Assembly: GCF_003428155.1 (NCBI RefSeq)
Contig: NZ_QLIR01000010.1
Location: 1-32,000, forward strand
From: Fastidiosibacter lacustris
GTDB lineage: Bacteria > Pseudomonadota > Gammaproteobacteria > Francisellales > Francisellaceae
Length of the DNA stretch: 32,000 nucleotides
Direction: 5' to 3'
Shown here: positions 1 to 9,116 of the stretch, in pieces
Layout of the letters: each line of letters opens with the position of its first letter
Position numbering within the stretch: the stretch's first letter is position 1
Notes under the pieces: model-generated
Told to the model about the DNA's origin: nothing
What the model saw: the letters and a program-made list of their open reading frames with translations, nothing else
Databases searched by the model: none
Program-made: the position numbers and the translations under genes

Positions 1-150
1 CTCAATGAAATTAAAATCTACATCCTAACTCCATCTCCATTACACTAACTACAATCCACAAAATCTATCGCTCAAAGTATTCAAGTATCTACACTTCATA
101 TCTCTTTCAAACATCCTTTAAAACCCTACTAGACATTCCTTAGCGGGTAT
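1..150 (-). ncRNA. Candidate GGA-rich, C-poor non-coding transcript (Rsm/Csr-like sRNA or a long 5' leader); runs off the window edge
   Basis: Lies just downstream (minus strand) of a consensus promoter at 157-184. No ORF with a usable SD. The plus strand has only 5 G in the first 140 nt by my count, so the RNA is nearly C-free. Six plus-strand TCC triplets (starting at 23, 30, 36, 55, 114, 137) give six GGA in the RNA, five of them in A(N)GGA context. The first could sit in a loop: ACCCG-CUA-[AGGAAUGUC]-UAG-UAGGGU. No terminator before position 1. Confidence 0.3.
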
Positions 151-156
151 CTGGTA

Positions 157-184
157 ATTATATGGACTCAAAAATAACTGTCAA
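157..184 (-). promoter_or_regulatory. Sigma70-type promoter with perfect consensus hexamers (TTGACA-N16-TATAAT)
   Basis: Reverse complement of 151-190 reads aagcgaTTGACAgttatttttgagtccaTATAATtaccag. The -35 is at 184-179 and the -10 at 162-157, with a 16-nt spacer. Predicted TSS is near 150-152. Confidence 0.55.
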
Positions 185-563
185 TCGCTTTTTTAACTTT
201 TTTCTCTGTACACGATGATTTCTTTGATTTAAATAGGGCCAGAATTGGTTTTTGTAGAATTTTAAAACATAAATTTAAGTTAAAGTCATCTAAATGATGA
301 TGACTGTTTTTTGGTAGGCATTTGCAATTATATCTAAACCTTAAGCTAAAATAGCTAAATTTCAACCTGCCATGCTTTCATACTTAATGGCTTTAATTTT
401 AACGCAATCATCCTTAAAAACTCTTTGTTTGTGCCAATCAAATATAATATTTTTTTACTAAACTATTTGCTCACATTGTGGAAATCAAGAAAAATAATGT
501 TCAGTCAATATTTTGCAAATTTTCCTTCGTGTGTAAAGCACAGTAGCTTAACTCAGATGATGT

Positions 564-1112
564 TCAACAGTTTTGTGCAGTTGGTAAAATATTTAAATTG
601 ACCCTACCTACAAAATTAATAATTAATTCACGTGTATAACGATTTGCACCTTGATCATCAACAATACTACAATAATATAATCTCAAAGCCGTTGATGTTA
701 GGCCATTTGGTTGAATTTCAATGCGATTTGACTTATTGCTTGAAAGATAATCGCCTGCTCCTGGTGCTTCAAGTATGGATACAATACGCGTAACAGTTGT
801 AATTTCTCCACTTGAGCTTGTGAATAATAGTAATCTATTTGCACCCCAATTATTTGCTGGCACAGTTGTATTACAGTTTGTCCCATTTGAAGTTGGACAT
901 AAAAAAATGGACATGGATTCCGACATTGCTGTAATGCGACCCAATTCTAACGCCGCTCTAACACGATCTAAATACATTTCTGAGTGAGCCCTACCAAACG
1001 ATCCAATACTCATTGGAATTGCAATAGTCACTATAATTCCAATTAAAATAATTACCACTAACCCCTCAATTAAACTAAACCCAAAATTTTTATTCTTTTT
1101 TTTATGCTTCAT
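564..1112 (-). CDS. Type IV pilus minor pilin, GspH-domain FimT/FimU family (prepilin-type N-terminal methylation motif)
   Basis: The N-terminus KNFG|FSLIEGLVVIILIGIIV is a class III signal peptide with Glu at +5 and a hydrophobic helix. It is followed by a GspH-like segment, YLDRVRAALELGRITAMSESMSIFLCP. 182 aa. Confidence 0.7.
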   Translation of the reverse strand: MKHKKKNKNFGFSLIEGLVVIILIGIIVTIAIPMSIGSFGRAHSEMYLDRVRAALELGRITAMSESMSIFLCPTSNGTNCNTTVPANNWGANRLLLFTSSSGEITTVTRIVSILEAPGAGDYLSSNKSNRIEIQPNGLTSTALRLYYCSIVDDQGANRYTRELIINFVGRVNLNILPTAQNC

Positions 1113-1113
1113 G

Positions 1114-1141
1114 TTGCAATTGGCTCCATATTCCCTATAAT
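1114..1141 (+). promoter_or_regulatory. Likely promoter of tRNA-Lys (TTGCAA-N16-TATAAT)
   Basis: TTGCAA at 1114-1119 and TATAAT at 1136-1141, about 12 nt upstream of the mature tRNA 5' end. Confidence 0.5.
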
Positions 1142-1153
1142 GTGCTTTGCTTT

Positions 1154-1229
1154 GGGTCGTTAGCTCAGTCGGTAGAGCAGCTGGCTTTTAACCAGTTGGT
1201 CGCAGGTTCGAATCCTGCACGACCCACCA
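1154..1229 (+). tRNA. tRNA-Lys (anticodon UUU), CCA encoded
   Basis: Hand-folded cloverleaf. Acceptor GGGTCGT/ACGACCC, D arm GCTC-AGTCGGTA-GAGC, anticodon stem GCTGG/CCAGT with loop CTTTTAA, T arm GCAGG-TTCGAAT-CCTGC, discriminator A, then CCA. 76 nt. Confidence 0.95.
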
Positions 1230-1359
1230 CCTTTTTCCTGCTCTTAGTGTAGCGAGTTTATTAAAATTATTCCAAAGCTAAATCAAAAATAATTTGTGAT
1301 CATAAGCTTTTGTTTGATATCATCAGATTATCTTCCACAAATCAAGGAATGCTATAATT

Positions 1360-1641
1360 ATGCACTTATTGCTTAATTTACTTTTCATCGCTGGAATTGT
1401 TATCGCAGTGTTATTCTTTTTCCCGTTATCAACAGTAGTGTTATTAGGTGTTTTAGCATTGCTTTTATATTTTTTACCTAGCTACATTGCGTTTAAAAAA
1501 CAACATCCAAACAGTATAATAATTTTTGTTGTGAATTTACTATTTGGATTTACTTTCATTATTTGGATAGTGTGCTTAATTTTAGCAATTGCTTATCAAC
1601 CAAACGTTACAATTATTGAAAAACATTATTACCACGCTTAA
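1360..1641 (+). CDS. Small membrane protein, superinfection-immunity (T4 Imm-like, Imm_superinfect) family
   Basis: 93 aa with two to three TM segments. The motif YFLPSYIAFKKQHPNSIIIFVVNLLFGFTFIIWIV matches my recollection of the family core (LP..IA....H.N...I...NL..G.T.IGW). The stop is 3 nt before the uvrD ATG. Confidence 0.55.
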   Translation: MHLLLNLLFIAGIVIAVLFFFPLSTVVLLGVLALLLYFLPSYIAFKKQHPNSIIIFVVNLLFGFTFIIWIVCLILAIAYQPNVTIIEKHYYHA

Positions 1642-1644
1642 GTT

Positions 1645-3828
1645 ATGTCAGAGTTTATCAGAAATCTTCAATCCCTAAATGCAAAACAGCGTGAAGCCGT
1701 TTTAATTGATCAAGAAAACGCCTTAATACTTGCAGGAGCAGGAAGTGGAAAAACACGTGTCCTGACACATAGAATTGCTTATTTATGTCAGGAAAAAAAT
1801 ATTTCACCATTAAATATTTTGGCAGTTACTTTTACCAATAAAGCCGCAAGGGAAATGAAAGAACGTATTGAAAATTTACTTGGTTTTTCTACCGTTGGTA
1901 TGTGGATTGGCACATTTCACGGAATTGCTCATAGACTCTTACGTCAACATGCTTCAGAGCTTGGTTTTGACAGACGATTTAAAGTATTAGATCAAGATGA
2001 CCAATTGCAAATTATAAAAAAAGTTATCCATAGTTTAAATTTAGATGAAAAGTTTTATCCGCCTAAATATCTACAAAGCTTTATTAACGGCAAAAAAGAT
2101 GAAGGTATTCGTGCAATTGATTTACCTACAGAGGAGTTTAATAACGAAATTATTAAAATTTATCAAGTCTATGAAGTGCGCTTAAGAGCAAATAATGCAT
2201 TAGATTTTGCAGACTTACTACTTTATGCTTATGAATTGTTTAAAGAAAATATGGTATTAAGCCAATATTATCAACGGCGTTTTCAACACATTTTAGTGGA
2301 TGAGTTTCAAGACACTAATAGTGTTCAATACAAATGGCTAATGGCTTTGAAATCCGATACAAATAGCATTATGGCAGTTGGAGATGATGACCAGTCTATC
2401 TATGGTTGGCGAGGAGCTAGGGTTGAAAATATCAAACACTTTATTGATGATTTGGCAAGTGTGCGCATCGTACGTCTAGAGCAGAATTATCGCTCTACTC
2501 AAATCATATTAGATGCAGCAAACGCAGTGATTGCAAATAATCCTAAACGGATGGGCAAAATGCTGTGGTCTGAGAAAGAAAAGGGAGAAAAAATTTCCGT
2601 TTATGAGGCATTTAATGAGCGTGACGAAGCTGATTACATTAGTGCTAAAATTTATGATTTATATCATACACATCACGTTTCGTTATCGGATATTTCAGTT
2701 TTGTATCGCTCAAACGCACAATCGCGTGTCCTTGAAGAAGCGCTGTTAAAAACCGGAATTGCCTATCGTATTTATGGAGGAATGCGCTTTTTTGATCGTG
2801 CGGAAATTAAAGATGCTTTGGCCTATATGCGACTAATTGCTTTGCGTGTAGATAATCTTGCATTTGAACGGGTGATTAATTTACCAGCTAGAGGCATTGG
2901 TCAAAAAACAATAGAAAGTATTCGTAAATACTCAACCGTACATGATTTGTCATTATGGCATGCAAGTTGTGAAATGATTGAGCGTAAGTTGCTTCCCACA
3001 CGATCTGCTGCGTCAATTCAAAAATTTATAGATTTAATTGAAGACATGGCTGCTGTTAAAAACCTTATGAAACTTGGAGCATTAATGCGTCATGTGATAG
3101 ATTTCAGTGGATTGATGCTTATGCATGAACAAAGCAAAGCCGAAAAATCACAGCAAAAATGTGAAAACCTCAAAGAGCTGGTTAATGCTGCGGCTGAGTT
3201 TATACCTCCTATAGAAGATGTGGCAGAAGAAGATCTATTGGTGGAGTTTTTAAACTTTGCTGTTTTGGAATCAGGTGAAATGCAAGCTGCAGAACATGAC
3301 GATAGTGTACAAATGATGACACTACACATGGCAAAAGGATTAGAGTTTCCTTATGTATTCATTTCAGGATTAGAAGACGGCTTATTTCCATCATCACGTT
3401 CAGTTGAAGTCGTTGATAAACTAGCAGAAGAACGTAGGCTTTGTTATGTGGGAATCACGCGAGCCATGCGTCATCTAACATTAAGCTATTGTAAGATACG
3501 TCATCAATATGGTGACATGAGTTATCAGATCAAGTCGCGTTTTTTACAGGAAATTCCCAAAGAATATTTACAATATGTTCGAAATCGCAAACCAGAAAAA
3601 TTGGAAAAAACAATGGGCTTTGGCATTTCACCGTTTGATTTTGTCAAAGAGCAAAATACAGAAGCAGAATTTAAAATAGGTGAATTTATCAATCACACAA
3701 AATTTGGAATTGGGGTGATACTTAAGCTTGAAGGTGAAGGTGATAACCTTTGCTACCATGTGGACTTTAAAGCTGGAGAGGGAAAAAAGGTATTGTTGGC
3801 TAAAATGGCAAAGCTTATGAAATTATAG
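1645..3828 (+). CDS. uvrD: DNA helicase II (UvrD, SF1 3'-5' helicase)
   Basis: 727 aa. The N-terminus LNAKQREAV...LILAGAGSGKTRVLTHRIAYL...AVTFTNKAAREM is colinear with E. coli UvrD. Also carries DEFQDT, GDDDQSIYGWRGA and QNYRST motifs. Confidence 0.93.
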   Translation: MSEFIRNLQSLNAKQREAVLIDQENALILAGAGSGKTRVLTHRIAYLCQEKNISPLNILAVTFTNKAAREMKERIENLLGFSTVGMWIGTFHGIAHRLLRQHASELGFDRRFKVLDQDDQLQIIKKVIHSLNLDEKFYPPKYLQSFINGKKDEGIRAIDLPTEEFNNEIIKIYQVYEVRLRANNALDFADLLLYAYELFKENMVLSQYYQRRFQHILVDEFQDTNSVQYKWLMALKSDTNSIMAVGDDDQSIYGWRGARVENIKHFIDDLASVRIVRLEQNYRSTQIILDAANAVIANNPKRMGKMLWSEKEKGEKISVYEAFNERDEADYISAKIYDLYHTHHVSLSDISVLYRSNAQSRVLEEALLKTGIAYRIYGGMRFFDRAEIKDALAYMRLIALRVDNLAFERVINLPARGIGQKTIESIRKYSTVHDLSLWHASCEMIERKLLPTRSAASIQKFIDLIEDMAAVKNLMKLGALMRHVIDFSGLMLMHEQSKAEKSQQKCENLKELVNAAAEFIPPIEDVAEEDLLVEFLNFAVLESGEMQAAEHDDSVQMMTLHMAKGLEFPYVFISGLEDGLFPSSRSVEVVDKLAEERRLCYVGITRAMRHLTLSYCKIRHQYGDMSYQIKSRFLQEIPKEYLQYVRNRKPEKLEKTMGFGISPFDFVKEQNTEAEFKIGEFINHTKFGIGVILKLEGEGDNLCYHVDFKAGEGKKVLLAKMAKLMKL

Positions 3829-3875
3829 CCAATACCAGTTGCAAAATCAGTTGTTTTGTAAAACCATGCAACGTT

Positions 3876-5249
3876 TCAAAATGAATTTGAGTGAGTAACA
3901 ACTACTACTGCTTTTTGCAATAAGCGTTGATGCAAATTTTCAAATCCCCCATTACTCATAATCACAAAATGCTTAAATAAAGGACTTTTATAACTTTTTT
4001 CAAAGACCTTAACGATATCTTCGATTTGGTCAAATACTAAAAAAGTCTCACTTTGATGGGATCTTGCCTGCCACTGCATGTTAGTATTTTGATAGAACCA
4101 TACTTCATCAGCAAATTTTAATGCTTGAATTAGGTCTTTTTCTTGAGCACCCATTTTCATTGTATTGGATCTAGCTTCTAAAATAGCCACTACCTTTTGC
4201 GCATCTGAAGCTTTGGCTTTTAGCGCTTGTAAAGTATGTTTCACTGCTGTTGGATGATGGGCAAAATCATCATAAATAGCACAATAATGGTCTTGATAAA
4301 TACATTCTAAACGTCTTTTAACACCTTTAAAGTTCGCAAAACTAGCTTGTATTTTATCAAATGAAATGTCAATACACTTTGCAACTGTATAAGCCATAAG
4401 CGCATTTTTTGCATTATGTTCACCCAACATTGACCACTTGATTAAATGACATTTATCATTATCACTCAATACAAACTCACTATAATCAGCATTAATGGGT
4501 TTAATATCTAAAATTTGATTTTTTATTGGTAATTTATTTGACCATACGCCCATCGTTAATAAATGAGCAATATTCTGATCATCCTGTGGATAGATAATGC
4601 TTGCCTTACCTGGCATCATTCTAAATAGATAATGAAATTGCCGATATATGTCATCCATGCTATTGAAAATATCCGCATGGTCAAACTCAAGGTTATTAAT
4701 CGTTAGAATATCAGGATGATAATGTATGAATTTAGAGCGCTTATCAAAAAAAGTTGTGTCGTATTCATCAGCCTCTATTACAAAAATTTCAGAATCAGTT
4801 AAACGGGATGACACACCAAAATCCTGACTGATCCCACCAATTAGAAAACCAGGGTTAAGATCCGCATCATCTAATAATTTAACAATTAATGACGTGGTTG
4901 TGGTTTTGCCATGAGTACCTGACACAGCGATGACCTTTTTCGTTTTAAGAACTTCATTATAAAGCCAACTAGGTGCTGAATAATATTGCAGCTCACTGTT
5001 TAATAGCGTCTCAACAATTGGCATACCACGACGCATGGTATTACCAACGATTACCTCGTCTAACTTAAGCGAAGTGATATCATAATCATAACCTTGCATA
5101 ATTTGAATGCCTTGCAATTCAAGATAAGTGCTCATAGGAGGGTAAACGTTGTGATCACTACCTGTTACATGATAACCTTTTTGGCGTGCCAAGACCGCTA
5201 AGGCACCCATAAACGTCCCGCAAATTCCTAAAATATGAACATGCTTCAT
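3876..5249 (-). CDS. mpl: UDP-N-acetylmuramate:L-alanyl-gamma-D-glutamyl-meso-DAP ligase (murein peptide ligase)
   Basis: 457 aa. The N-terminus HILGICGTFMGALAVLARQKGYHVTGSDHNVYPPMSTYLE is nearly identical in pattern to E. coli Mpl. Has the Mur ligase P-loop GTHGKTTTTS. Confidence 0.93.
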   Translation of the reverse strand: MKHVHILGICGTFMGALAVLARQKGYHVTGSDHNVYPPMSTYLELQGIQIMQGYDYDITSLKLDEVIVGNTMRRGMPIVETLLNSELQYYSAPSWLYNEVLKTKKVIAVSGTHGKTTTTSLIVKLLDDADLNPGFLIGGISQDFGVSSRLTDSEIFVIEADEYDTTFFDKRSKFIHYHPDILTINNLEFDHADIFNSMDDIYRQFHYLFRMMPGKASIIYPQDDQNIAHLLTMGVWSNKLPIKNQILDIKPINADYSEFVLSDNDKCHLIKWSMLGEHNAKNALMAYTVAKCIDISFDKIQASFANFKGVKRRLECIYQDHYCAIYDDFAHHPTAVKHTLQALKAKASDAQKVVAILEARSNTMKMGAQEKDLIQALKFADEVWFYQNTNMQWQARSHQSETFLVFDQIEDIVKVFEKSYKSPLFKHFVIMSNGGFENLHQRLLQKAVVVVTHSNSF

Positions 5250-5263
5250 ACTGTTATATTACC

Positions 5264-6682
5264 TTAAACTTTTGATGATTGAATTTTATGAATAATTGAT
5301 GAACTAGAGTGATTTGGCTTAAGTGTGATGGTCTTTACTTCTCCACCTACAGCCAATACTTCTTTGGCGCCTGCTATTTCATGTATTTCATAGTCTGCGC
5401 CTTTGACTAAAATATCTGGCAGTAGCTCACTAATAATACGCTCAGGGGTATCTTCATTAAACGCCACTACCCAATCTACACAAGATAGCGCCGCCAATAC
5501 TTCCATACGAAATTGTAAATTAACGACAGGGCGATTCTCACCTTTTAAACGTTTAACTGACTCATCACTATTGACAGCAACGATTAATCGATCTCCTAAA
5601 GCACGCGCTTTTTGTAAATACTCAACATGCCCTGCATGTAAGATATCAAAACAACCATTGGTCATGACTACTTTCTCACCTTGTAAGCGTACTTCACGCA
5701 TAGCTTGTTTGAGCGCATCTTGAGTGATAATACCTTTATTAACAGTTGTTTGAGCATGAAGTGAATCATGAAGCTCTTGTGCGCTTAGTGTTGCTGTACC
5801 AACTTTACCAACAACCACACCTGCTGCGGCATTTGCCAAACGCATTGATGACTCAAAATCATAACCACACGATAAGCCCATCGCCATTACTGCAATAACG
5901 GTATCTCCCGCACCTGTTACATCAAAAACTTCTCGTGCCACGGTTGGAATGCTTTTGGCTGCACCACTATTAAGCACAAGCGTCATACCTTCTTCACTAC
6001 GAGTAATTAAAAGCCCATCAAGCTTACATCGCTTAATAAGTGCATACGCTTTTGAAATCAATTCATCCTCAGTTATACACTTTCCTACCACAGCTTCAAA
6101 TTCTTTGCGATTAGGGGTGATCAATGTTGCTCCTTCATAAATGCTAAAGTCATGACCTTTAGGGTCAACTAAAACCGCCATATTTTTTCTTTTAGCAAGT
6201 TCAATTAAGGCTTTTGTATTGTATAACGTCCCTTTACCATAATCTGATAAAATCATTACATTGTATTGATCAGCAGCTTTTTCTACAGCATCTAATAACA
6301 ATGTTTCATCGATTTTTGAAAATCCTTCTTCAAAGTCCAGCCTTAATAACTGTTGTTTTTGTGAAAGTATGCGTAACTTAGTAATCGTTGGCAAATGGGT
6401 TTCAATAAGATGTGTCTTAATAGATTTCTTTGTTAAAAAATCACACAAAATGCGTGCTGGTTCGTCTTTACCCACGATCGCACAAATTCCAGCCATCCCT
6501 GATAATGCTGAGATGTTGAGTGCCACATTTCCTGCTCCACCTGCTCGATCTTGAATGGTTTTTACATGGACAACTGGTACAGGCGCTTCAGGAGAAATGC
6601 GCTCAGTTGTTCCATAATAATAGCGATCAAGCATCGCATCCCCCACAACAAGCACACGTGCTTTTTGTAAATTACTTTGCAT
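5264..6682 (-). CDS. hldE: Bifunctional D-beta-D-heptose 7-phosphate kinase / D-beta-D-heptose 1-phosphate adenylyltransferase
   Basis: 472 aa. The N-terminus VLVVGDAMLDRYYYGTTERISPEAPVPVV matches HldE/RfaE. Has a PfkB kinase motif (DVTGAGDT) and a C-terminal cytidylyltransferase motif (TNGCFDILHAGH). Confidence 0.93.
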   Translation of the reverse strand: MQSNLQKARVLVVGDAMLDRYYYGTTERISPEAPVPVVHVKTIQDRAGGAGNVALNISALSGMAGICAIVGKDEPARILCDFLTKKSIKTHLIETHLPTITKLRILSQKQQLLRLDFEEGFSKIDETLLLDAVEKAADQYNVMILSDYGKGTLYNTKALIELAKRKNMAVLVDPKGHDFSIYEGATLITPNRKEFEAVVGKCITEDELISKAYALIKRCKLDGLLITRSEEGMTLVLNSGAAKSIPTVAREVFDVTGAGDTVIAVMAMGLSCGYDFESSMRLANAAAGVVVGKVGTATLSAQELHDSLHAQTTVNKGIITQDALKQAMREVRLQGEKVVMTNGCFDILHAGHVEYLQKARALGDRLIVAVNSDESVKRLKGENRPVVNLQFRMEVLAALSCVDWVVAFNEDTPERIISELLPDILVKGADYEIHEIAGAKEVLAVGGEVKTITLKPNHSSSSIIHKIQSSKV

Positions 6683-6769
6683 TCATCTTGTTTTTATCGT
6701 CTTCTTAATATGTTAGATGTTATACTAAATCCCATCAAAAGCACAGCCTTGTTACCGTAAAGTGCAAAG

Positions 6770-7492
6770 ATGAATAAAGAAAATAAAAAAAATTACTATA
6801 TTATTGCTGACTTGCACTTAAGTGAGGTTAGAGTGCAAGCTACTGCTCTATTTGAACGCTTTTTAGCAGATATCACAAATAAGGACAATTCCCTATATAT
6901 CCTCGGAGATTTTTTTGATTATTGGATTGGAGATGATGCTATCTCACCTTTTAATCTGCATATTGCTGATCTATTGGCTCATGCACATGACAGTGGACTT
7001 CAAATTTATTTCATGTCTGGTAATCGCGATTTTTTAATTGGTCAACGTTTTGCAAAACGTGCCAAAATAACACTTGTAAGTGATCCACATGTCCTTGTAC
7101 TCTCCAAAATAACTATTTTATTGATGCATGGTGATTTGCTATGTACTGATGATAAAAGCTATCAAATTTTTCGCAAAATTGTACGCAACAAACTCATCCA
7201 GTGGCTTTATCTACGATTACCACTTCGATTAAGGGAAAAACTTGCAAAAGGCATACGCATAACAAGCCACAAAAAAAACGCAAAGTATAAAGTTATTGAT
7301 GTCACTGAAAAAGGCATTCAAAAATACCTTGGTAAACATAAAACTCTCATTCATGGACACACGCACTTATTCAACATTCATCATCAACAAAACTATATAC
7401 GTTATGTGCTTGGTGATTGGTTTAAAAATGCAAGTTATGTTCATATTGACAGGCACTGTAACATTCACCTATTGCGTTATTTTAAAAAGTAG
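6770..7492 (+). CDS. lpxH: UDP-2,3-diacylglucosamine diphosphatase (lipid A biosynthesis)
   Basis: 240 aa. Calcineurin-like metallophosphoesterase motifs in LpxH order: IADLHL, GDFFDYWIGDD, GNRDFL, MHGDLLCTDD, HGHTH. Confidence 0.9.
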   Translation: MNKENKKNYYIIADLHLSEVRVQATALFERFLADITNKDNSLYILGDFFDYWIGDDAISPFNLHIADLLAHAHDSGLQIYFMSGNRDFLIGQRFAKRAKITLVSDPHVLVLSKITILLMHGDLLCTDDKSYQIFRKIVRNKLIQWLYLRLPLRLREKLAKGIRITSHKKNAKYKVIDVTEKGIQKYLGKHKTLIHGHTHLFNIHHQQNYIRYVLGDWFKNASYVHIDRHCNIHLLRYFKK

Positions 7493-7658
7493 TTTCACTT
7501 TAAAAGTGGTGGAAATCAAGGGTAATATTTTTACAATAAGTGTTAGTATTATTTTCAGGTGAATAACAAGCACAAGATGATCACGTTTTTTCCCACTATT
7601 AGACGTACGTTGGCAGATCAAAAAAATAATTAATCTATTTATTAATAAATAAAGTGAC

Positions 7659-8618
7659 TCATAATTTTTTGCCAATAAGAAAGCCTAAATCTTTACCATT
7701 TAATATACTTGCAATTGACAACATTTTCTTTCCCGGAAATTGGAGTGAGCCAATGTTGATTACACCATTACAAGCCTGCACTTTTAAGCCAGACTTATCT
7801 ACACTTAAAATAGTACCTATGGCACTACTTGCTTTTTCTTTAAACACTTGAATATCCGAAATTTTCACTTGTTCATTATCAAGCTTAATATATGCACTTG
7901 GCCAAGGGCTAAATGCACGAACTTTACAATCAATTTGTTGAACGGTGTTATTAAAGTCAATTAATCCTTCCTCTTTTGTGAGTTTACGTGCATACGTTGC
8001 ATCCTCAGGCTGTTTTTGTGAGTGGAGTGTTCCACTGGCAATTTGAGAAAACACTTCATAAATCGCTGGAACTGAAAGTTTTGCTAATCGATCATGCAAG
8101 GTTTGACTATCATCTTCTTTTAAGATGGGGGTTTCAACCACATGCAAAATATCACCCGTATCTAAGCCCTCATCCATTTGCATAATCGTAATACCTGTCT
8201 TTGTATCACCTGCTTCAATTGCTCGCTGAATAGGAGCAGCTCCCCGCCATTTAGGCAGCAATGAAACGTGAATATTTATACAGCCATACTTTGGAACATC
8301 TAAAACCACCCTAGGCAGCAGTAATCCATAAGCAATAACTACCATCACATCGGCTTGTAAATTTTGCAAATCATCAATCGCTTGAGGTTCTTTATTAAAT
8401 GAGATAGGTTGGAAAACAGGAATATTATGTGTTAAAGCCAGTTCTTTTACAGCTGAAGCTTGCAACTTTTTACCACGACCTTTAACACGATCTGGCTGGG
8501 TAAACACTCCAACAATATTATAGTTTTGACCAATTAAGTTATTTAGAACGGTTGCTGAGATTTCAGGCGTACCAGCAAATACAATCCGTAAATTTTTACC
8601 TTTATTTTGTGGATTCAT
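7659..8618 (-). CDS. fmt: Methionyl-tRNA formyltransferase
   Basis: 319 aa. Motifs IVFAGTPE, QPDR..GRG, INIHVSLLPKWRGAAPIQRAI and a C-terminal Fmt domain. Confidence 0.93.
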   Translation of the reverse strand: MNPQNKGKNLRIVFAGTPEISATVLNNLIGQNYNIVGVFTQPDRVKGRGKKLQASAVKELALTHNIPVFQPISFNKEPQAIDDLQNLQADVMVVIAYGLLLPRVVLDVPKYGCINIHVSLLPKWRGAAPIQRAIEAGDTKTGITIMQMDEGLDTGDILHVVETPILKEDDSQTLHDRLAKLSVPAIYEVFSQIASGTLHSQKQPEDATYARKLTKEEGLIDFNNTVQQIDCKVRAFSPWPSAYIKLDNEQVKISDIQVFKEKASSAIGTILSVDKSGLKVQACNGVINIGSLQFPGKKMLSIASILNGKDLGFLIGKKL

Positions 8619-8620
8619 AG

Positions 8621-9079
8621 TTAATGATAGGCATAAGCATAAAGGTTAGCACCATCCAAAGGTCCTGTATTGCCAGAAACCACACAATTTCCAATCACTT
8701 TGGTTACACCATGCTGTGCGGCAAGCATTTTAGCTTTTTGTACGTTTTGCTCACAAGACGATTGGATTTCTTTTTTACTTGTATAATGTGTGTCCACCCG
8801 GATAATACCAATTGGCGATTCGTTAAAGCCTGTTACAACTGGAACGGCTTTCCGTAAATTCATGCTCTCTGATGCGTAAAATTGCACGATCTTTGCATCA
8901 ACTGTACTATAAATTTCCGTTGTTTGTGGCAAATATACCCCCTGCGACTCATATTGCTTTTTAGGTACAACTGCCCAAAAAAATCCAATAACGGCAATCA
9001 CAATCCCTGCATAAATAATATTTTGCTGCAACCGACTCATAAAAAAATTTAAATCACGTTCATCTCTTAATTTGCGCAT
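8621..9079 (-). CDS. Hypothetical membrane-anchored protein (one N-terminal TM helix, about 105-aa extracytoplasmic domain)
   Basis: 152-aa ORF whose stop is 2 nt before the fmt start, so it looks operonic. TM segment IIYAGIVIAVIGFFWAVV. I recognise no family. Confidence 0.5.
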   Translation of the reverse strand: MRKLRDERDLNFFMSRLQQNIIYAGIVIAVIGFFWAVVPKKQYESQGVYLPQTTEIYSTVDAKIVQFYASESMNLRKAVPVVTGFNESPIGIIRVDTHYTSKKEIQSSCEQNVQKAKMLAAQHGVTKVIGNCVVSGNTGPLDGANLYAYAYH

Positions 9080-9116
9080 ATCATAACATAAGATTATTAA
9101 TACAATCTATTATGTT

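Noticed and set aside
214-227. LetA/GacA-box search upstream of the consensus promoter
   Set aside because: Only a half-site (AGAAAT on the minus strand, 218-223) matches TNAGAAATTTCTNA. There is no TGTAAG-N6-CTTACA either. Not enough to call a binding site.
168-365. 65-aa ORF on the minus strand from the track
   Set aside because: Low-complexity Lys/Phe/Ser-rich product with no SD. Its 3' end overlaps the consensus promoter (157-184). Most likely a chance ORF in AT-rich non-coding DNA.
698-987. Nested or antisense track ORFs here, and similar ones elsewhere: 2531-2749, 3090-3329, 5403-5723, 5949-6140, 6369-6708, 7296-7851, 7988-8185, 8624-8857, 9301-9711, 10980-11180, 13182-13427, 14884-15165, 17882-18640, 28474-28680, 28795-29166
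   Set aside because: Each lies inside or antisense to a much longer ORF with clear family motifs. The products are low-complexity and have no independent start signals.
1154-1641. tRNA-Lys as an integration hotspot for a genomic island
   Set aside because: Only one small gene follows before core uvrD. There is no integrase, and I noticed no repeat of the tRNA 3' end.
3829-3875. Hairpin TTGCAAAA-TCAGTTG-TTTTGTAA between convergent uvrD and mpl, considered as a terminator
   Set aside because: The stem is almost entirely AT with a G-U pair. Too weak to call.
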